Counted from the first letter of the stretch, positions 19,103-29,635 are shown. The stretch: DNA of 64,000 nt from Kofleriaceae bacterium (GCA_965215005.1 CBDCCZ010000018.1:306475-370474); one strand, 5' to 3'. The notes: generated by a model not told the origin, from the letters alone. A program made the numbers and translations.

Positions 19103-21930
19103 GACGCCACCTGATCGTCACCCGCTGGACGAGCACGCAGCGGCAACCACACTTCGAAGACAGTCTCGCCGGGAACCGACTGACAATCGACCTCGCCACC
19201 GTGCTTGTCGATGATCTGGCGAACGATGCCGAGGCCGAGCCCCGTTCCCTCGCCTTTGGGCTTGGTGGTGTAGAACGGCTCGAACACGTGCGGCCGCACC
19301 TCGTCGGGAATGCCAGGACCATCATCGATGACGCGCACCACCACTCCTGCCTCCCCCGCTCCGTTGACCCTTTGGCGCGTCTCGATTGTGATGTGCCCTG
19401 ATCCCTTCTGGCCCTGCAGCGCTTGAACGGCGTTGAGGAGCAGATTCGTCCAGACCTGATTGAGCTCGTCCACATACACGGGAACGGCCGGCAATGTGCC
19501 GTATTTGCGACTGACGATGCTATCACGTAAGACGTAGTCCAGGAGCACGAGAGTATCCTCGAGCCCTTCATGGAGATCTGCATGAGTCAAGCTTGCGGAC
19601 TGATCGAGGTGTGAGTAGCTCTTGAGCGCACCGACAATGTGTTGAATGCGGCGAATGCCATTGCGAATGGTCGCCGCTGTGCGATGCAAGTACACGTGCT
19701 CGACGAAGTAGGTCGATAGCACCACCGCGCGCTCACTTGCTGCACCCGCAACCAACGCCACGAAACGTGTCACGAGTGCGTCGCTGGCGCCAACTTCGGC
19801 GAGAGCTTTGGCGACGACCTTCGAAGCGTCAGCGCCAAGATCACTCTGCTTCCATCGCGAACTCAAAGACCGGCTGCGCCGGCGAGCCTCTGCTGCCGCT
19901 GGCAGTCGCTCGCTGGCCAGCGCAGGCGCCGCGACCTCGATGAGCTCATCGACCAACGCGCGCTCCTGCCTCGTCAGGCCGAGCTCGGCGACTTGCGCAG
20001 CGAGCTTCGAGAGCCGCACCATCCCGTCGGCCAACGCGTCGACCGAACCGCGAATTGCTGCCGACGGCGAGTTGACCTCGTGCGCCACGCCTGCGACTAG
20101 CAGCCCGAGTCCGGCGAGGCGCTCCGATAGAATCAGCTGCGACTGGGTCTCGCGCAGCTCACTGAGGGCGCGGCCAAGCTCGGTGTTCATGTGCGTGAGC
20201 TCGGCGGTTCGCAGCCAAACCTTGCCCTCGAGCTCCTCGCTCGCCGCAACCACCTCCTCATAGAGTCGCGCGTTCTCCACCGCCGCCGCGGCTTGGTCGG
20301 CGAAGGTGGCGAGTAGGCTCGAGTCGGCCTCGGAAAACGGCTGGGAATCGCGCCCGCGGCCAACGATCAACACCCCGATGACGCCGCCCTTGCGCTCCAG
20401 AGGAGTTGCTAACAATGAGCCGGTGATTCCAGCAGCAAGAGCAAAATCGCGGCGCGCGGGATCGTCATTGACGCGATCGATGCGAAGGGTTGCGCGAGCG
20501 CGCGCAACCTCATCGGCGATGGCCGCCAGCGGCATCGCCAGCGCCGCGCCTTCCTCCCCGCGCACGGTGCTGCGCATCGCCAACGGTTTGGCGCGAGCGG
20601 CTCCCAAACGCATACGCGCCGGTCGCCGTAAGGGCGGGCTTGTGGGCGCACGTCCGGGCTCCGGTTGCGCCACCCAAAGGGCGCACAGACGAACCTCGAA
20701 CACCCGCGCCACCGAGTCGACGATCTTGCCGAGCACCGCGTCGAGACCGATCACTGAGCCAACCGCGCGGCCGGCATCGTGAAGCGCGACGATCTCGCGC
20801 ATGCGCGCCGCGAGACGCTCCTGATTGTCCTTGAGCGCTCGCGTCATGTGACCGAACGCAGTGGCCAGATCGCCAATCTCATCGCCTTCGGCGACCTGAA
20901 TGCGATGATCGAGATCGCCACGCGCGATGGCAATGGCGCCGCGATGAAGATCGTGAAGCGGGCGCGTGAGCCGTCGTGACAACAGTGCCGCGAGCACCAA
21001 TGCGAATGCCACGGCACCGGCGGCGCCGATCACCAGCGACCGCATCGCCGAGGTTTTCGCCACAGCCAGCGGTTGGCGGTCGACGGCCACCGCGAACACT
21101 CCCACCGGTGCCCCTTGCAGATTCATCAGCGGGGTGTAGCCGAGCTGAAACTCGCGCCCGCCGATGATCTCACGGGTGAACATGGTCCTGCCCGGCTCGA
21201 GATTTGCCATAACGACTGCTGGAACGCGGATGCCGCGGGTCCGACTCGAGGGGTCGAGAAAGGTCGACATCGCCGGCGTGATCGACGCACCGGTCCCCGC
21301 GTAAATCAGGACATCGGTGCCGAGCGCAGCTTTGACACCATCGGCAAAGTCGCCGTCGAGCGGGACCGACATGACCACCACGCCCTGCAGCCGATAGCTG
21401 GCATCGACGATCGGAGCGACCGCTCGCACCACCAACACGTCCGCTACCGGGACGAGCGTGACCCGGCGCTCGTAGGTTTGACCGGCGCGGATTATCGGCG
21501 AGGACCGCGCCACCGCCAGCCCGCGAAAGCGCGCCTCTACGCCGCCGATTACCCGCTCGGCAACCAGCTCGCCACTCGCGTCGGCGATCTGCACCAGCGC
21601 CGACGGCAGATGCGGACTCTCGCGAGCGAGCAGCTCGAAGACGCTGTCAGCGGGCTCGTTCATCGCCCGCTGCAAATCGCCTGAGCTCGCGAGCCGCACC
21701 GCGTCGACACCGAGCCGCTCGACCTGCCGTAGGAGTAGATTGAGGCCGACGTGCAGCTGGCGGCCGGCGTCCTCGCGCATATCGTTATCGAGCCCCTTTA
21801 GCACCAAGCTCACCGCCACTTGCGCCGCGACCGCCACGGGCAACAGTGCCGCCACCGAGAGCGACAGCGACAGCTTGTGCCGCAGACGCAGACGCAAAGA
21901 GAAGCGGAATAGGTCTCTGCGCCGAGCCAT
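19099..21930 (-). CDS. Membrane sensor histidine kinase (periplasmic Cache-like, HAMP, GAF, HisKA, HATPase)
   Basis: Two TMs, DEIGDLA HAMP, GAF, AHEVNSP H-box, NLLLNA, DDGPGI, GTGLGL. Confidence 0.93.
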   Translation of the reverse strand: MARRRDLFRFSLRLRLRHKLSLSLSVAALLPVAVAAQVAVSLVLKGLDNDMREDAGRQLHVGLNLLLRQVERLGVDAVRLASSGDLQRAMNEPADSVFELLARESPHLPSALVQIADASGELVAERVIGGVEARFRGLAVARSSPIIRAGQTYERRVTLVPVADVLVVRAVAPIVDASYRLQGVVVMSVPLDGDFADGVKAALGTDVLIYAGTGASITPAMSTFLDPSSRTRGIRVPAVVMANLEPGRTMFTREIIGGREFQLGYTPLMNLQGAPVGVFAVAVDRQPLAVAKTSAMRSLVIGAAGAVAFALVLAALLSRRLTRPLHDLHRGAIAIARGDLDHRIQVAEGDEIGDLATAFGHMTRALKDNQERLAARMREIVALHDAGRAVGSVIGLDAVLGKIVDSVARVFEVRLCALWVAQPEPGRAPTSPPLRRPARMRLGAARAKPLAMRSTVRGEEGAALAMPLAAIADEVARARATLRIDRVNDDPARRDFALAAGITGSLLATPLERKGGVIGVLIVGRGRDSQPFSEADSSLLATFADQAAAAVENARLYEEVVAASEELEGKVWLRTAELTHMNTELGRALSELRETQSQLILSERLAGLGLLVAGVAHEVNSPSAAIRGSVDALADGMVRLSKLAAQVAELGLTRQERALVDELIEVAAPALASERLPAAAEARRRSRSLSSRWKQSDLGADASKVVAKALAEVGASDALVTRFVALVAGAASERAVVLSTYFVEHVYLHRTAATIRNGIRRIQHIVGALKSYSHLDQSASLTHADLHEGLEDTLVLLDYVLRDSIVSRKYGTLPAVPVYVDELNQVWTNLLLNAVQALQGQKGSGHITIETRQRVNGAGEAGVVVRVIDDGPGIPDEVRPHVFEPFYTTKPKGEGTGLGLGIVRQIIDKHGGEVDCQSVPGETVFEVWLPLRARPAGDDQVAS

Positions 21931-21935
21931 CTGCG

Positions 21936-23561
21936 CTAGCGCCGAACCCGGCGTACGTTCTGATAGTGGACGTGGGCGGAGGGGTTGAGAAGGACACCAG
22001 CGAGATCATCGCGGGCCGCAATCGCGACCTGCGAGTGGGCAATGGGCACCCACGGTGCTTCCCGGCGCAATCGCTCCTGCACCTGCGCATACAGCCGCTC
22101 GCGCTCTCGCCTGGAGCTCGAGGCCCGCGCCGCCACCAGCAGCTCGTGAACGTCGTCATCGCGAAAGAAGGCAACGTTGCGCGCCCGGCCGACCACCGCG
22201 TTGTCGCGATCGAAGAGCACGTAGAGAAAGTTGTCAGGATCGCCGTTGTCGCCAACCCAGCCGAGCAACACCAGGTCGTGCTTGCCCGCTTGCGTGGCCT
22301 GCACGTGGTCGCGGAACCGCTGGAGCACCAGCTTGGTGCGGATGCCGACAGCGGCGAGATTGGCGGCTAACACCCGCGCGGTCTGCTCCGGCGCCGGCAG
22401 GTAGGGCCGCGGCTCGGTCGGCGCATATAGCGTGTACGTCGCTTCTGGGTCGAATGCGCCGTCGGCGGCCGCTTCCGCCAGCAGCGCTCGAGCTCGGGCG
22501 GGGTCATAGTGGTATCGCTGCCGAGCCGGCGAATGCCCCCACTGGGTCGGCGGCACTGGGCCGTCGGCGGGGGTCGCGAGTCCTTGATAGAGCAGCTTGA
22601 CGATCGGCTCCTTGTTCACCGCGTAGTTCACCGCCTGCCGCACCCGCCGATCGTCAAATGGCGACTGCTGCGTGTTCATCGCCAGGTACGTGACGTTGTT
22701 GGCAGGATGGGTGTGGAGCACCAGCTCAGGGTGCAGCGCGACGAACTGCAGCTCTTCTGGCAAGATTGCCTGAGCAAGGTCGATGGAGCCGCTCTCCAGA
22801 GCCACCAGACGCTGTCGCGGATCGGCGATAACCTCGAACACCAGCCGCTCCATCGCCGCTGAGGTTCCCCAATAGTGTTCGCTGCGGCGCAACGCGATGC
22901 GCTGCCCGGGCTCCCAGGCGACGAACTCGAATGGCCCGGTCCCAATGGGATGATGCTCGAAGTCATCGCCGTAGCGCCGCACCGCCGCCGGCGAAACGAT
23001 CGACACCGGATACATCGCCAGATCGGCGAGAAATGGCGCGTACGAGCGTTCGATGAGGATCCGCACCGTGTACGTGTCGACCTTCTCGACCCGCTGAATG
23101 TTTTGATAGACGTTGTGCCAGTACTCGAAGTCGCGGCGAAAGTACGGATGATGGGGGTCGCGCTGGCGCTCGAAGCTGAAGACCACGGCGTCGGCATCGA
23201 GCGGGGTGCCGTCGTGAAAGCGGACTCCTCGGCGCAGGTGAAACAGCCACCGGCGGCCGCTGTCGTCGACCTCCCACGAGGTCGCTAGCCCTGGTTCGAC
23301 GATGCTCGAGCCGGGGCGATACCGCAGCAGCGGATCGTAGAGCTGCTCGATGACCTCGACCGATTCGTTATCGGTAACGCGCGCCGGATCGAGCGAGATG
23401 GCATCCGCTGGGCGGCCGACTACCAACGTCTGCGCGTCGCGGTGCCCTCCAAGGCTGCCTAGGGATCCGCGCCGGGCGACGCCGGTGCTGCGTTCCTCGC
23501 AGCCACCGGCGAAGACGAGGATGCTCGCAATGGCGACAACGCCAAGCCCTGCCAACCGCAC
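21936..23561 (-). CDS. ABC-type solute-binding protein family 5 (DppA-like), lipoprotein
   Basis: FAGGC lipobox, SLDPA, LRRGVRFHDG, PIGTGPF, GWVGDNGDPDNF. Start inferred at GTG 23561. Confidence 0.88.
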   Translation of the reverse strand: MRLAGLGVVAIASILVFAGGCEERSTGVARRGSLGSLGGHRDAQTLVVGRPADAISLDPARVTDNESVEVIEQLYDPLLRYRPGSSIVEPGLATSWEVDDSGRRWLFHLRRGVRFHDGTPLDADAVVFSFERQRDPHHPYFRRDFEYWHNVYQNIQRVEKVDTYTVRILIERSYAPFLADLAMYPVSIVSPAAVRRYGDDFEHHPIGTGPFEFVAWEPGQRIALRRSEHYWGTSAAMERLVFEVIADPRQRLVALESGSIDLAQAILPEELQFVALHPELVLHTHPANNVTYLAMNTQQSPFDDRRVRQAVNYAVNKEPIVKLLYQGLATPADGPVPPTQWGHSPARQRYHYDPARARALLAEAAADGAFDPEATYTLYAPTEPRPYLPAPEQTARVLAANLAAVGIRTKLVLQRFRDHVQATQAGKHDLVLLGWVGDNGDPDNFLYVLFDRDNAVVGRARNVAFFRDDDVHELLVAARASSSRRERERLYAQVQERLRREAPWVPIAHSQVAIAARDDLAGVLLNPSAHVHYQNVRRVRR

Positions 23562-23710
23562 CGCGAGAGAGTAGCTCGCGACTGCCTCGCGCCCTAGTGG
23601 TTCACGAGCTAGCAAGAACCGCTTAGGTAAGCATTGGCTGCGCGGACACGCGATCAGCCATCCGCAATGGTCGCCGGCGGGGCGCGAGCCAAGAGCGCTA
23701 CCCCCGCGGA

Positions 23711-23740
23711 TTGACAGCACAACCTGCGCGTGCGTAGCCT
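23711..23740 (+). promoter_or_regulatory. Sigma70-like promoter for the TRAP/TPAT operon
   Basis: TTGACA-N18-TAGCCT upstream of the tatT-like gene. Confidence 0.45.
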
Positions 23741-23773
23741 CGTGCCAATCAAACCCCCTCAAAGCGTGAATGA

Positions 23774-24742
23774 TTGCCGATGACGAACGTCCACGAAACT
23801 CGCGGGTCGGTTGTGTATTGCCGCCTCTCCCACGCCATGTTGGCCCTCACCGTCAGTCTGTCGCTCGGCGCGTGCGACCTTGGCAAGGTCACCGTCAACA
23901 CCACCTCCAAAGTGCTCCAGCGAGCGCAGCCGTCTCTCAAACAGGAGTCGGATTGGGACTTGGCAGCCATTGCCATTCCCGGTGCGTTGAAAACCGTCGA
24001 GGGCTTCGCCGTGGTCGATCCGGGCAACGAGCGGCTTCGCGCCATTCTCATGGAGGGCTACTGCCAATATGGCAGCGGCTTCGTTGAAGATTATTACGAG
24101 CAAGCCTACTTCGCAAAGAACTACGAAGAGGCGGAGTACATCGCGCAACGCGCGACGAAGATGTTCATTCGCTGCCAAAACTACGCGCTGCGGGCGCTGG
24201 GGAAGAAGTGGCGCGAGAACATCTTTGGCGAGACGACGCAGATCAACGCGCTCATCAGCGGCGCGAGTTGGTCGCAACGCGATGCGCTGATGTGGTTTGC
24301 CATCGGACTGGCGTCTACGATCAACTACAACAAAGACTCGGCGGCGATGATCGCCCAGCTACCCACGGCCAAGTCGGCGCTGATGCGCGTGGTCGAGCTC
24401 GACGATAAGCACAAGCAGAGCGATGCGATGAAGCGGGCGCTGCCGCACGTGGCTCTCGGCATGATGTACACCGCGCAAGCGCCGTCGATGGGTGGCGAGC
24501 CCGAGCGTGCGGAGAAACACTTCCAGCGCGCGATCGAGCTCACCGAGGGCAAGATGCTACTTGCCAAGACCTACATGGCCCGTCGGTTGGGTGTCATGCG
24601 ACAAGATAGAGAATTCTTTTTGAACAACCTCGTCGAAGTCCTGCAGACTTCCCCCGCGGTGTGGCCAGAGCAGCGGCTGGCCAACGAGATCGCGCATCGA
24701 CGCGCACGCCGCTACCTCAAAATGGAAAAGGAATGGTTCTAA
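23774..24742 (+). CDS. TRAP-associated TPR lipoprotein, TatT component
   Basis: SLGAC lipobox; ESDWDLAAIAIPGALKTVEG, PSMGGEPERAEKHFQRA, LANEIAHRRA resemble the TAtT family. Precedes dctPQM. Confidence 0.8.
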   Translation: MPMTNVHETRGSVVYCRLSHAMLALTVSLSLGACDLGKVTVNTTSKVLQRAQPSLKQESDWDLAAIAIPGALKTVEGFAVVDPGNERLRAILMEGYCQYGSGFVEDYYEQAYFAKNYEEAEYIAQRATKMFIRCQNYALRALGKKWRENIFGETTQINALISGASWSQRDALMWFAIGLASTINYNKDSAAMIAQLPTAKSALMRVVELDDKHKQSDAMKRALPHVALGMMYTAQAPSMGGEPERAEKHFQRAIELTEGKMLLAKTYMARRLGVMRQDREFFLNNLVEVLQTSPAVWPEQRLANEIAHRRARRYLKMEKEWF

Positions 24743-24744
24743 AC

Positions 24745-25779
24745 ATGTCTCAGCTTCGGATGGCCAAGGTAGTAGGAATCGCGGCGGTCGCCGCCATCGC
24801 TCTGGGCTCCCTCGCGGCCACGGCCGCCGCCGAGGACCGGCGAATCGCTACCCTTGCCCCTCCGGGGTCGACGTGGATGAAAATCCTCGAAAAGGGCGCG
24901 CAAGAGATCGAGCAGGCGACCGGCGGCCGCATCGCGGTGAAGTACTATCCCGGCGGCGTGCAAGGCGATGAGCGCGACGTCGTCCGCAAGATTCGCCTCA
25001 AGCAGCTCGATGGCGCTGCGGTCACCTCGATTGGCTTAGCCATGGTGGATCCGAGCATTCGAGTGCTCGAGCTGCCCATGCTGTTCGGCAGCGTCGAGGA
25101 GATGGAGTACGTCCGCGATCGCATGTGGCCATACTTTCAAAAGAAGTTCGAGAAGAAGGGTTTCGTGCTCGGCGACCCGGGCGAGGTCGGCTGGGTGTAC
25201 TTCATGTCGCAGACGCCGATCCGCTCCCTCGCAGACCTGCGCAAGACCAAGACCTGGATGTGGTCCGATGACGTGGTCGTCCGCGAGGTGTTCAAGAAGC
25301 TCAACATCCCAGGCGTGCCACTCGGCGTTCCCGAGGTCCTCGCCGGTCTCACCAGCGGACGCATCAACGCCGCCTATGGCTCGCCCCTGGCAGCCGTCGC
25401 GCTGCAGTGGAACACCAAGGTCAAATACATGACCTCGATGCCGATGTCTTTTTCCCTGGGCGCGACCATCACTCGCAAAGACGTGTGGGATAGCGCGACC
25501 GCCGAAGATCAGGCCGTTCAGAAGAAGCTCGCTCGCCTCATTGGCAAGAAGCTGCGCCGCAACGTCCGCCGCGACAATGACAACGCGAAGAAGCAGATGA
25601 CGCGCAAAGGCGTTGAGATCATCGAGACGCCCAAAGAAATGGTCACCGAGTTCGAGAAGAGCGCCCAAGAAGTATGGGCAGACCTAACTGGCAAGGTGTT
25701 CTCGGCCGGCGAGCTCAAGATGGTCCTCAAGTTCCGCGACGAGTACCGCAAGAAGAACGGCAAGACTGCCGCCAATTAA
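24745..25779 (+). CDS. dctP: TRAP transporter substrate-binding protein DctP (TatP type)
   Basis: IATLAPPGSTW, YPGGVQGDE, VLELPMLF, PIRSLADL, VPEVLAGL. Confidence 0.9.
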   Translation: MSQLRMAKVVGIAAVAAIALGSLAATAAAEDRRIATLAPPGSTWMKILEKGAQEIEQATGGRIAVKYYPGGVQGDERDVVRKIRLKQLDGAAVTSIGLAMVDPSIRVLELPMLFGSVEEMEYVRDRMWPYFQKKFEKKGFVLGDPGEVGWVYFMSQTPIRSLADLRKTKTWMWSDDVVVREVFKKLNIPGVPLGVPEVLAGLTSGRINAAYGSPLAAVALQWNTKVKYMTSMPMSFSLGATITRKDVWDSATAEDQAVQKKLARLIGKKLRRNVRRDNDNAKKQMTRKGVEIIETPKEMVTEFEKSAQEVWADLTGKVFSAGELKMVLKFRDEYRKKNGKTAAN

Positions 25780-25914
25780 CACGCCGCCGCGGACGTCTTG
25801 ACGCGAGCGGCCGTGAGATCGCAAGCGAGCCCGTCGTTTTCAGCGCCGGGCTCGCGCGCGTTTCGGCGGCCGGCGATTGTGTTTCCTTCGCGCGTTACCT
25901 ACGATTGACGCGCC

Positions 25915-26733
25915 TTGAGCGGTGACAGGGATCAGGTTTTAGCGGCATCGGGGGGCAAGCACGCAGCGCCCGCTCTCGAGGCCACCTCCGGCGAGCTCGC
26001 TCGCAGCGATGAATCGACCCTCGCCTACTTCGGCATCGGGGTCGCCATGGTGGTATTCACGGTGGCCACCGGTTACGTGCTGCAACGCAGCGCCGCCGAC
26101 GCCGCCGTGCTCACGTGGGCCCTCACGATGCTGCCGGGGCTCGGCGGAATTGCCATGGTAGGCCTCGGCGCCGCGCGCACCGCCAAACACGGCCTCGGCG
26201 TCGCACTGCCGCAGCACGAAGGTGCCCGGCGGCTGCTCCTGGTGATCGATCGCTGCTTGGGCTTCTGTGAACAGTTGCTGCTCGCCATCTGGCTTGCTGC
26301 CTTAATGGGCGCTTCGATCGGCCGCAAGCTCGCCGACCTCTCCGACGCCGGCTGGCCGGGCGCCGACGAGATGATTCGCTATTTCGTATTTTTCTCGGCA
26401 CTCACCGGCGCCGCGCTCGCTGCGCAGCAGGAGCGACAAATCTCCATGGACTTCGTGACTCGCATGCTCGCGCGCCGGCCGCGAGCCATTCTCCGCCAGC
26501 TACTCCGCGTCTTCGTCATCGGGATGTGCTTGCTCCTGGCCTATGGCGGCAACGCGCTGCGGGTCTCTTCGGCCGCCGATCACGGAGAGTTCCTCGATCC
26601 GCCGACCGCACTCTGGGCGCTGCCCATCGGGGCACTGCTCATCGCCGCGCACATGCTCCTGCACACGCTCATCGACCTCACCTACTTCGCGACCGGCACG
26701 CTTCCTCCCGAACCCGAGCAGGTGGCCCACTGA
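25915..26733 (+). CDS. dctQ: TRAP small permease DctQ with extra N-terminal TM segments
   Basis: WPGADEMIRYFVFFSALTGAALAAQQERQISMD; multiple TMs; TGATG overlap with dctM. Confidence 0.8.
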   Translation: MSGDRDQVLAASGGKHAAPALEATSGELARSDESTLAYFGIGVAMVVFTVATGYVLQRSAADAAVLTWALTMLPGLGGIAMVGLGAARTAKHGLGVALPQHEGARRLLLVIDRCLGFCEQLLLAIWLAALMGASIGRKLADLSDAGWPGADEMIRYFVFFSALTGAALAAQQERQISMDFVTRMLARRPRAILRQLLRVFVIGMCLLLAYGGNALRVSSAADHGEFLDPPTALWALPIGALLIAAHMLLHTLIDLTYFATGTLPPEPEQVAH

Positions 26734-28565
26734 TGCTCCTCCTTCTAGCCCTCTGCGTCATCGTACTGTTTCTCCTGGGCGCGCCGATTTTCGCGGTGAT
26801 GATCGGCTTGGCGGCGGTGGGTTCGCTAGCGCTGCCGCGCGAGTTCTCGGCCGAGTTCAACGGCACCATGGCGGAAATTGCCCGCATGGGCACCGGCGAG
26901 TCGGCACAAGTGCTGGCGACCATCCCGCTGTTCATCTTCGCCGGCTACATCATGGCCGAATCAAAGACCGCCGATCGCTTGGTTCGCGTCGCGCAGGCGG
27001 GTCTTGGCTGGCTTCCCGGCGGACTTGCCGTCGTCACGATCTTGGCGTGCGCCATCTTCACCACCTTCACCGGCGCCTCCGGGGTCACCATCGTCGCTCT
27101 CGGCGGCTTACTCATGCCCTCGCTCATCCAAGAGCGTTACCCCGAGCGCTTCGCCACTGGATTGGTCGCGGGCACCGGTTCGGTCGGGCTGCTGTTTCCG
27201 CCGGCGCTGCCGTTGTTCGTTTACGGCACCGTATTTGGCTTGCAGGAAAGTCTGGCCAAGAGCTCGAGCGGGTTCGAGACCGACCGCTTTCTATTCGCCG
27301 GTGTGGTTCCCGGCGCCGTGCTCATCGGCATCCTCGCCGGCGTCGCTATCGTGGTGGCCATCATCCGCCGTGTGCCGCGCCGGCCATTTTCGCCCGCCGC
27401 CTTTGCGATGGCCATGGTTGGCTCCTACGCCGAGCGCGATGGCAACGGCCGCATCGTCAAGCTCGGCACCGCGCTGCCCGAAATCATCATTCCATTCCTC
27501 GTCATCTTCTTGATCGCCAACGGCGTCGCCATCCCCGAGGTCGCCGCGATGACCGTGGTGTACGTGGCGGTCTTGGAAATCGGGATCTATCGCGACTTGC
27601 CGCTTACCCGCCTGTGGCGGCTGATCCGCGAGTCCATGGGTCTTGCCGGCGCGATCTTCATCATCATCTTTGCCGCCGCCGCGTTCACCAACTACCTGGT
27701 CACCGCCGAGGTGCCGCAGGAAATGGTCGAGTGGATCAGTGCCCACGTCGAGTCCAAGTGGGCATTCCTGTTAGCACTCAACGTCTTATTGATCGCGGTC
27801 GGGATGATCATGGACATCTTCTCAGCCATCGTGGTGGTGGTCCCGCTGATCGCGCCGATGGCTCGCCAGTTCGGCATCGATCCCTACCACCTCGGCGTGA
27901 TTTTCCTTCTCAATCTCGAGATTGGCTACCTCACGCCGCCGGTAGGCCTGAATCTGTTCATCACCGCGTACAAGTTTCAAAAGCCGGTCGCCGAGGTCAT
28001 TCGCGCGACGCTGCCGTTCTTGCTCGCAATGATCGTTGCGCTCGGCCTGGTCACCTACATTCCGGCGCTCACAGTGGTGCCTCCGGCCAAGCGCACCGGA
28101 CGGCTCGACAACTTGCTCGTCCTCGTGCAAGAAGGCCGTCGCAGCCTCGATTACGTCCAGGAAGTCACGTTGCCGGACGGCAAGGTCAAGCGCTTCGACG
28201 ACTGCCGCGCTCTCAGCGCATTCGAACGCAACAACTGCGAGACGCTGTTTGCCGACGTCACCCAGTGTCGTCGCGACGCGGGCGGGATGGCCAATAGCGA
28301 CTGCGAGCGCGACGTCATCGCCACCTTCCTTTCCGATCAGAGCATAGAGTTCGACCTCGACACCGAGCTCGAGAAGAAGCCCGAGCTCGACCCCGCGCTG
28401 CAAGAGATGCTCGACGAAGACAATCAAGGTCAAGACGGCGAGCTCGATCCCGAGCTCCGCAAGCTTCTCGACGAAACCGAAGGCGAGACCGAGCCCACGC
28501 CCGCCGCGCCCGAGGACGAGCTCGATCCCGAGCTACAAAAACTGCTCGATGAAGTCGCGGAGTAA
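26733..28565 (+). CDS. dctM: TRAP large permease DctM with C-terminal Cys/acidic extension
   Basis: IPLFIFAGYIM, FTTFTGASGVT, GSVGLLFPP, IGYLTPPVGLNLF. Confidence 0.92.
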   Translation: MLLLLALCVIVLFLLGAPIFAVMIGLAAVGSLALPREFSAEFNGTMAEIARMGTGESAQVLATIPLFIFAGYIMAESKTADRLVRVAQAGLGWLPGGLAVVTILACAIFTTFTGASGVTIVALGGLLMPSLIQERYPERFATGLVAGTGSVGLLFPPALPLFVYGTVFGLQESLAKSSSGFETDRFLFAGVVPGAVLIGILAGVAIVVAIIRRVPRRPFSPAAFAMAMVGSYAERDGNGRIVKLGTALPEIIIPFLVIFLIANGVAIPEVAAMTVVYVAVLEIGIYRDLPLTRLWRLIRESMGLAGAIFIIIFAAAAFTNYLVTAEVPQEMVEWISAHVESKWAFLLALNVLLIAVGMIMDIFSAIVVVVPLIAPMARQFGIDPYHLGVIFLLNLEIGYLTPPVGLNLFITAYKFQKPVAEVIRATLPFLLAMIVALGLVTYIPALTVVPPAKRTGRLDNLLVLVQEGRRSLDYVQEVTLPDGKVKRFDDCRALSAFERNNCETLFADVTQCRRDAGGMANSDCERDVIATFLSDQSIEFDLDTELEKKPELDPALQEMLDEDNQGQDGELDPELRKLLDETEGETEPTPAAPEDELDPELQKLLDEVAE

Positions 28566-28571
28566 GTCCTT

Positions 28572-29459
28572 GTGAGGACGGCGCGCGCGATACTCGCGAC
28601 GGCGCGTCCCCATCAATGGGTAAAGAATCTCTTCGTCGTCGCACCGCTGGTGTTTTCCAAGCACCTGTTCATGGTCGACTACGTAGCGCGGACGCTCATT
28701 GCCACGGCGGCGTTCTGCGCGGTCTCGGCCGCGGTGTACACCTTCAACGATCTGCGCGACGCTGAGGCCGATCGCGCCCATCCCATCAAGTGCCGCCGCC
28801 CGATCGCCAGTGGCGAGCTCGAAGAGAATCTCGCCATCGCCGCGACCGCGGCTTGGGCAGCGGCGGCGATCACCGTCAGCCTCGCCCTCTCTTGGGAAGT
28901 CTTGGCTGCCACCGCCGGATATTTGGCGGTCAATCTCTGCTATTCGCTCGGCCTCAAGCGAGTCGCGTTCGTCGATGTGATGGCCATCGCCGGCGGCTTC
29001 TTGCTGCGCGTCTTGGCCGGCGCCTATGCGATCGCAGTGCCGGTCTCGCCCTGGCTGTTGGCGTGCACGGGGCTACTCGCGTCGTTGCTCGGCTTTGGCA
29101 AGCGCGCCCACGAGTTGCTCCTGGCCAACCGCGCCGGCCGCCAGGCCGCTGCCACCCGCGCCGCCCTCGCTGGCTACCATCTCGGGCTATTACGCGTGCT
29201 GTTGCTGGTGTTGGCCCTCGCAACCTGCGTCGCCTACGCGCTCTACACCCGCGATGCGCGGACCGTGGCGTTCTTTGGCACCGAGTCGCTCGCGTTCACG
29301 TTGCCGTTTTGCGTCGCCGGCATCGGCCGCTTCTTGTGGTTGACGCTGATTCGCCCGCGTGACACCAGCCCCACCGAAGCGATGCTGCGCGACTGGCCGT
29401 TTCTCCTCAATCTTGCCGTCTGGGCCGCCACCGTCGTCGCTATCGTCTACGGCACCTGA
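28572..29459 (+). CDS. UbiA prenyltransferase family (decaprenyl-phosphate phosphoribosyltransferase-like)
   Basis: RPHQWVKN, NDLRDAEADRAHPIKCRRPIASG, GFLLRVLAG, GKRAHEL. Confidence 0.88.
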   Translation: MRTARAILATARPHQWVKNLFVVAPLVFSKHLFMVDYVARTLIATAAFCAVSAAVYTFNDLRDAEADRAHPIKCRRPIASGELEENLAIAATAAWAAAAITVSLALSWEVLAATAGYLAVNLCYSLGLKRVAFVDVMAIAGGFLLRVLAGAYAIAVPVSPWLLACTGLLASLLGFGKRAHELLLANRAGRQAAATRAALAGYHLGLLRVLLLVLALATCVAYALYTRDARTVAFFGTESLAFTLPFCVAGIGRFLWLTLIRPRDTSPTEAMLRDWPFLLNLAVWAATVVAIVYGT

Positions 29460-29635
29460 GTACGCCGCCGCGGGACTCATGACGCAGCAATCCGCCGCCC
29501 CGACGCGGGGCAAGGGCGGCAGATTTCCGCTACTCACGCGTCCCCTTCGGCGTCTCCCCAAGCGATTGTTGTGTTTCTAGCGGTTCACGATCTCTCCCCT
29601 CGTGAGCCCCGCGCCTGTGCTACAACGCGTGGCCC

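Noticed and set aside
23731..23748. Minus-strand TGGCAC as a sigma54 promoter for the SBP gene
   Set aside because: The -12 GC is one base off the required spacing.
27771..27779. TTAGCACTC, a CIRCE half-site (hrcA is in the window)
   Set aside because: No GAGTGCTAA at N9 spacing, and it lies inside dctM. No full CIRCE was seen near hrcA.
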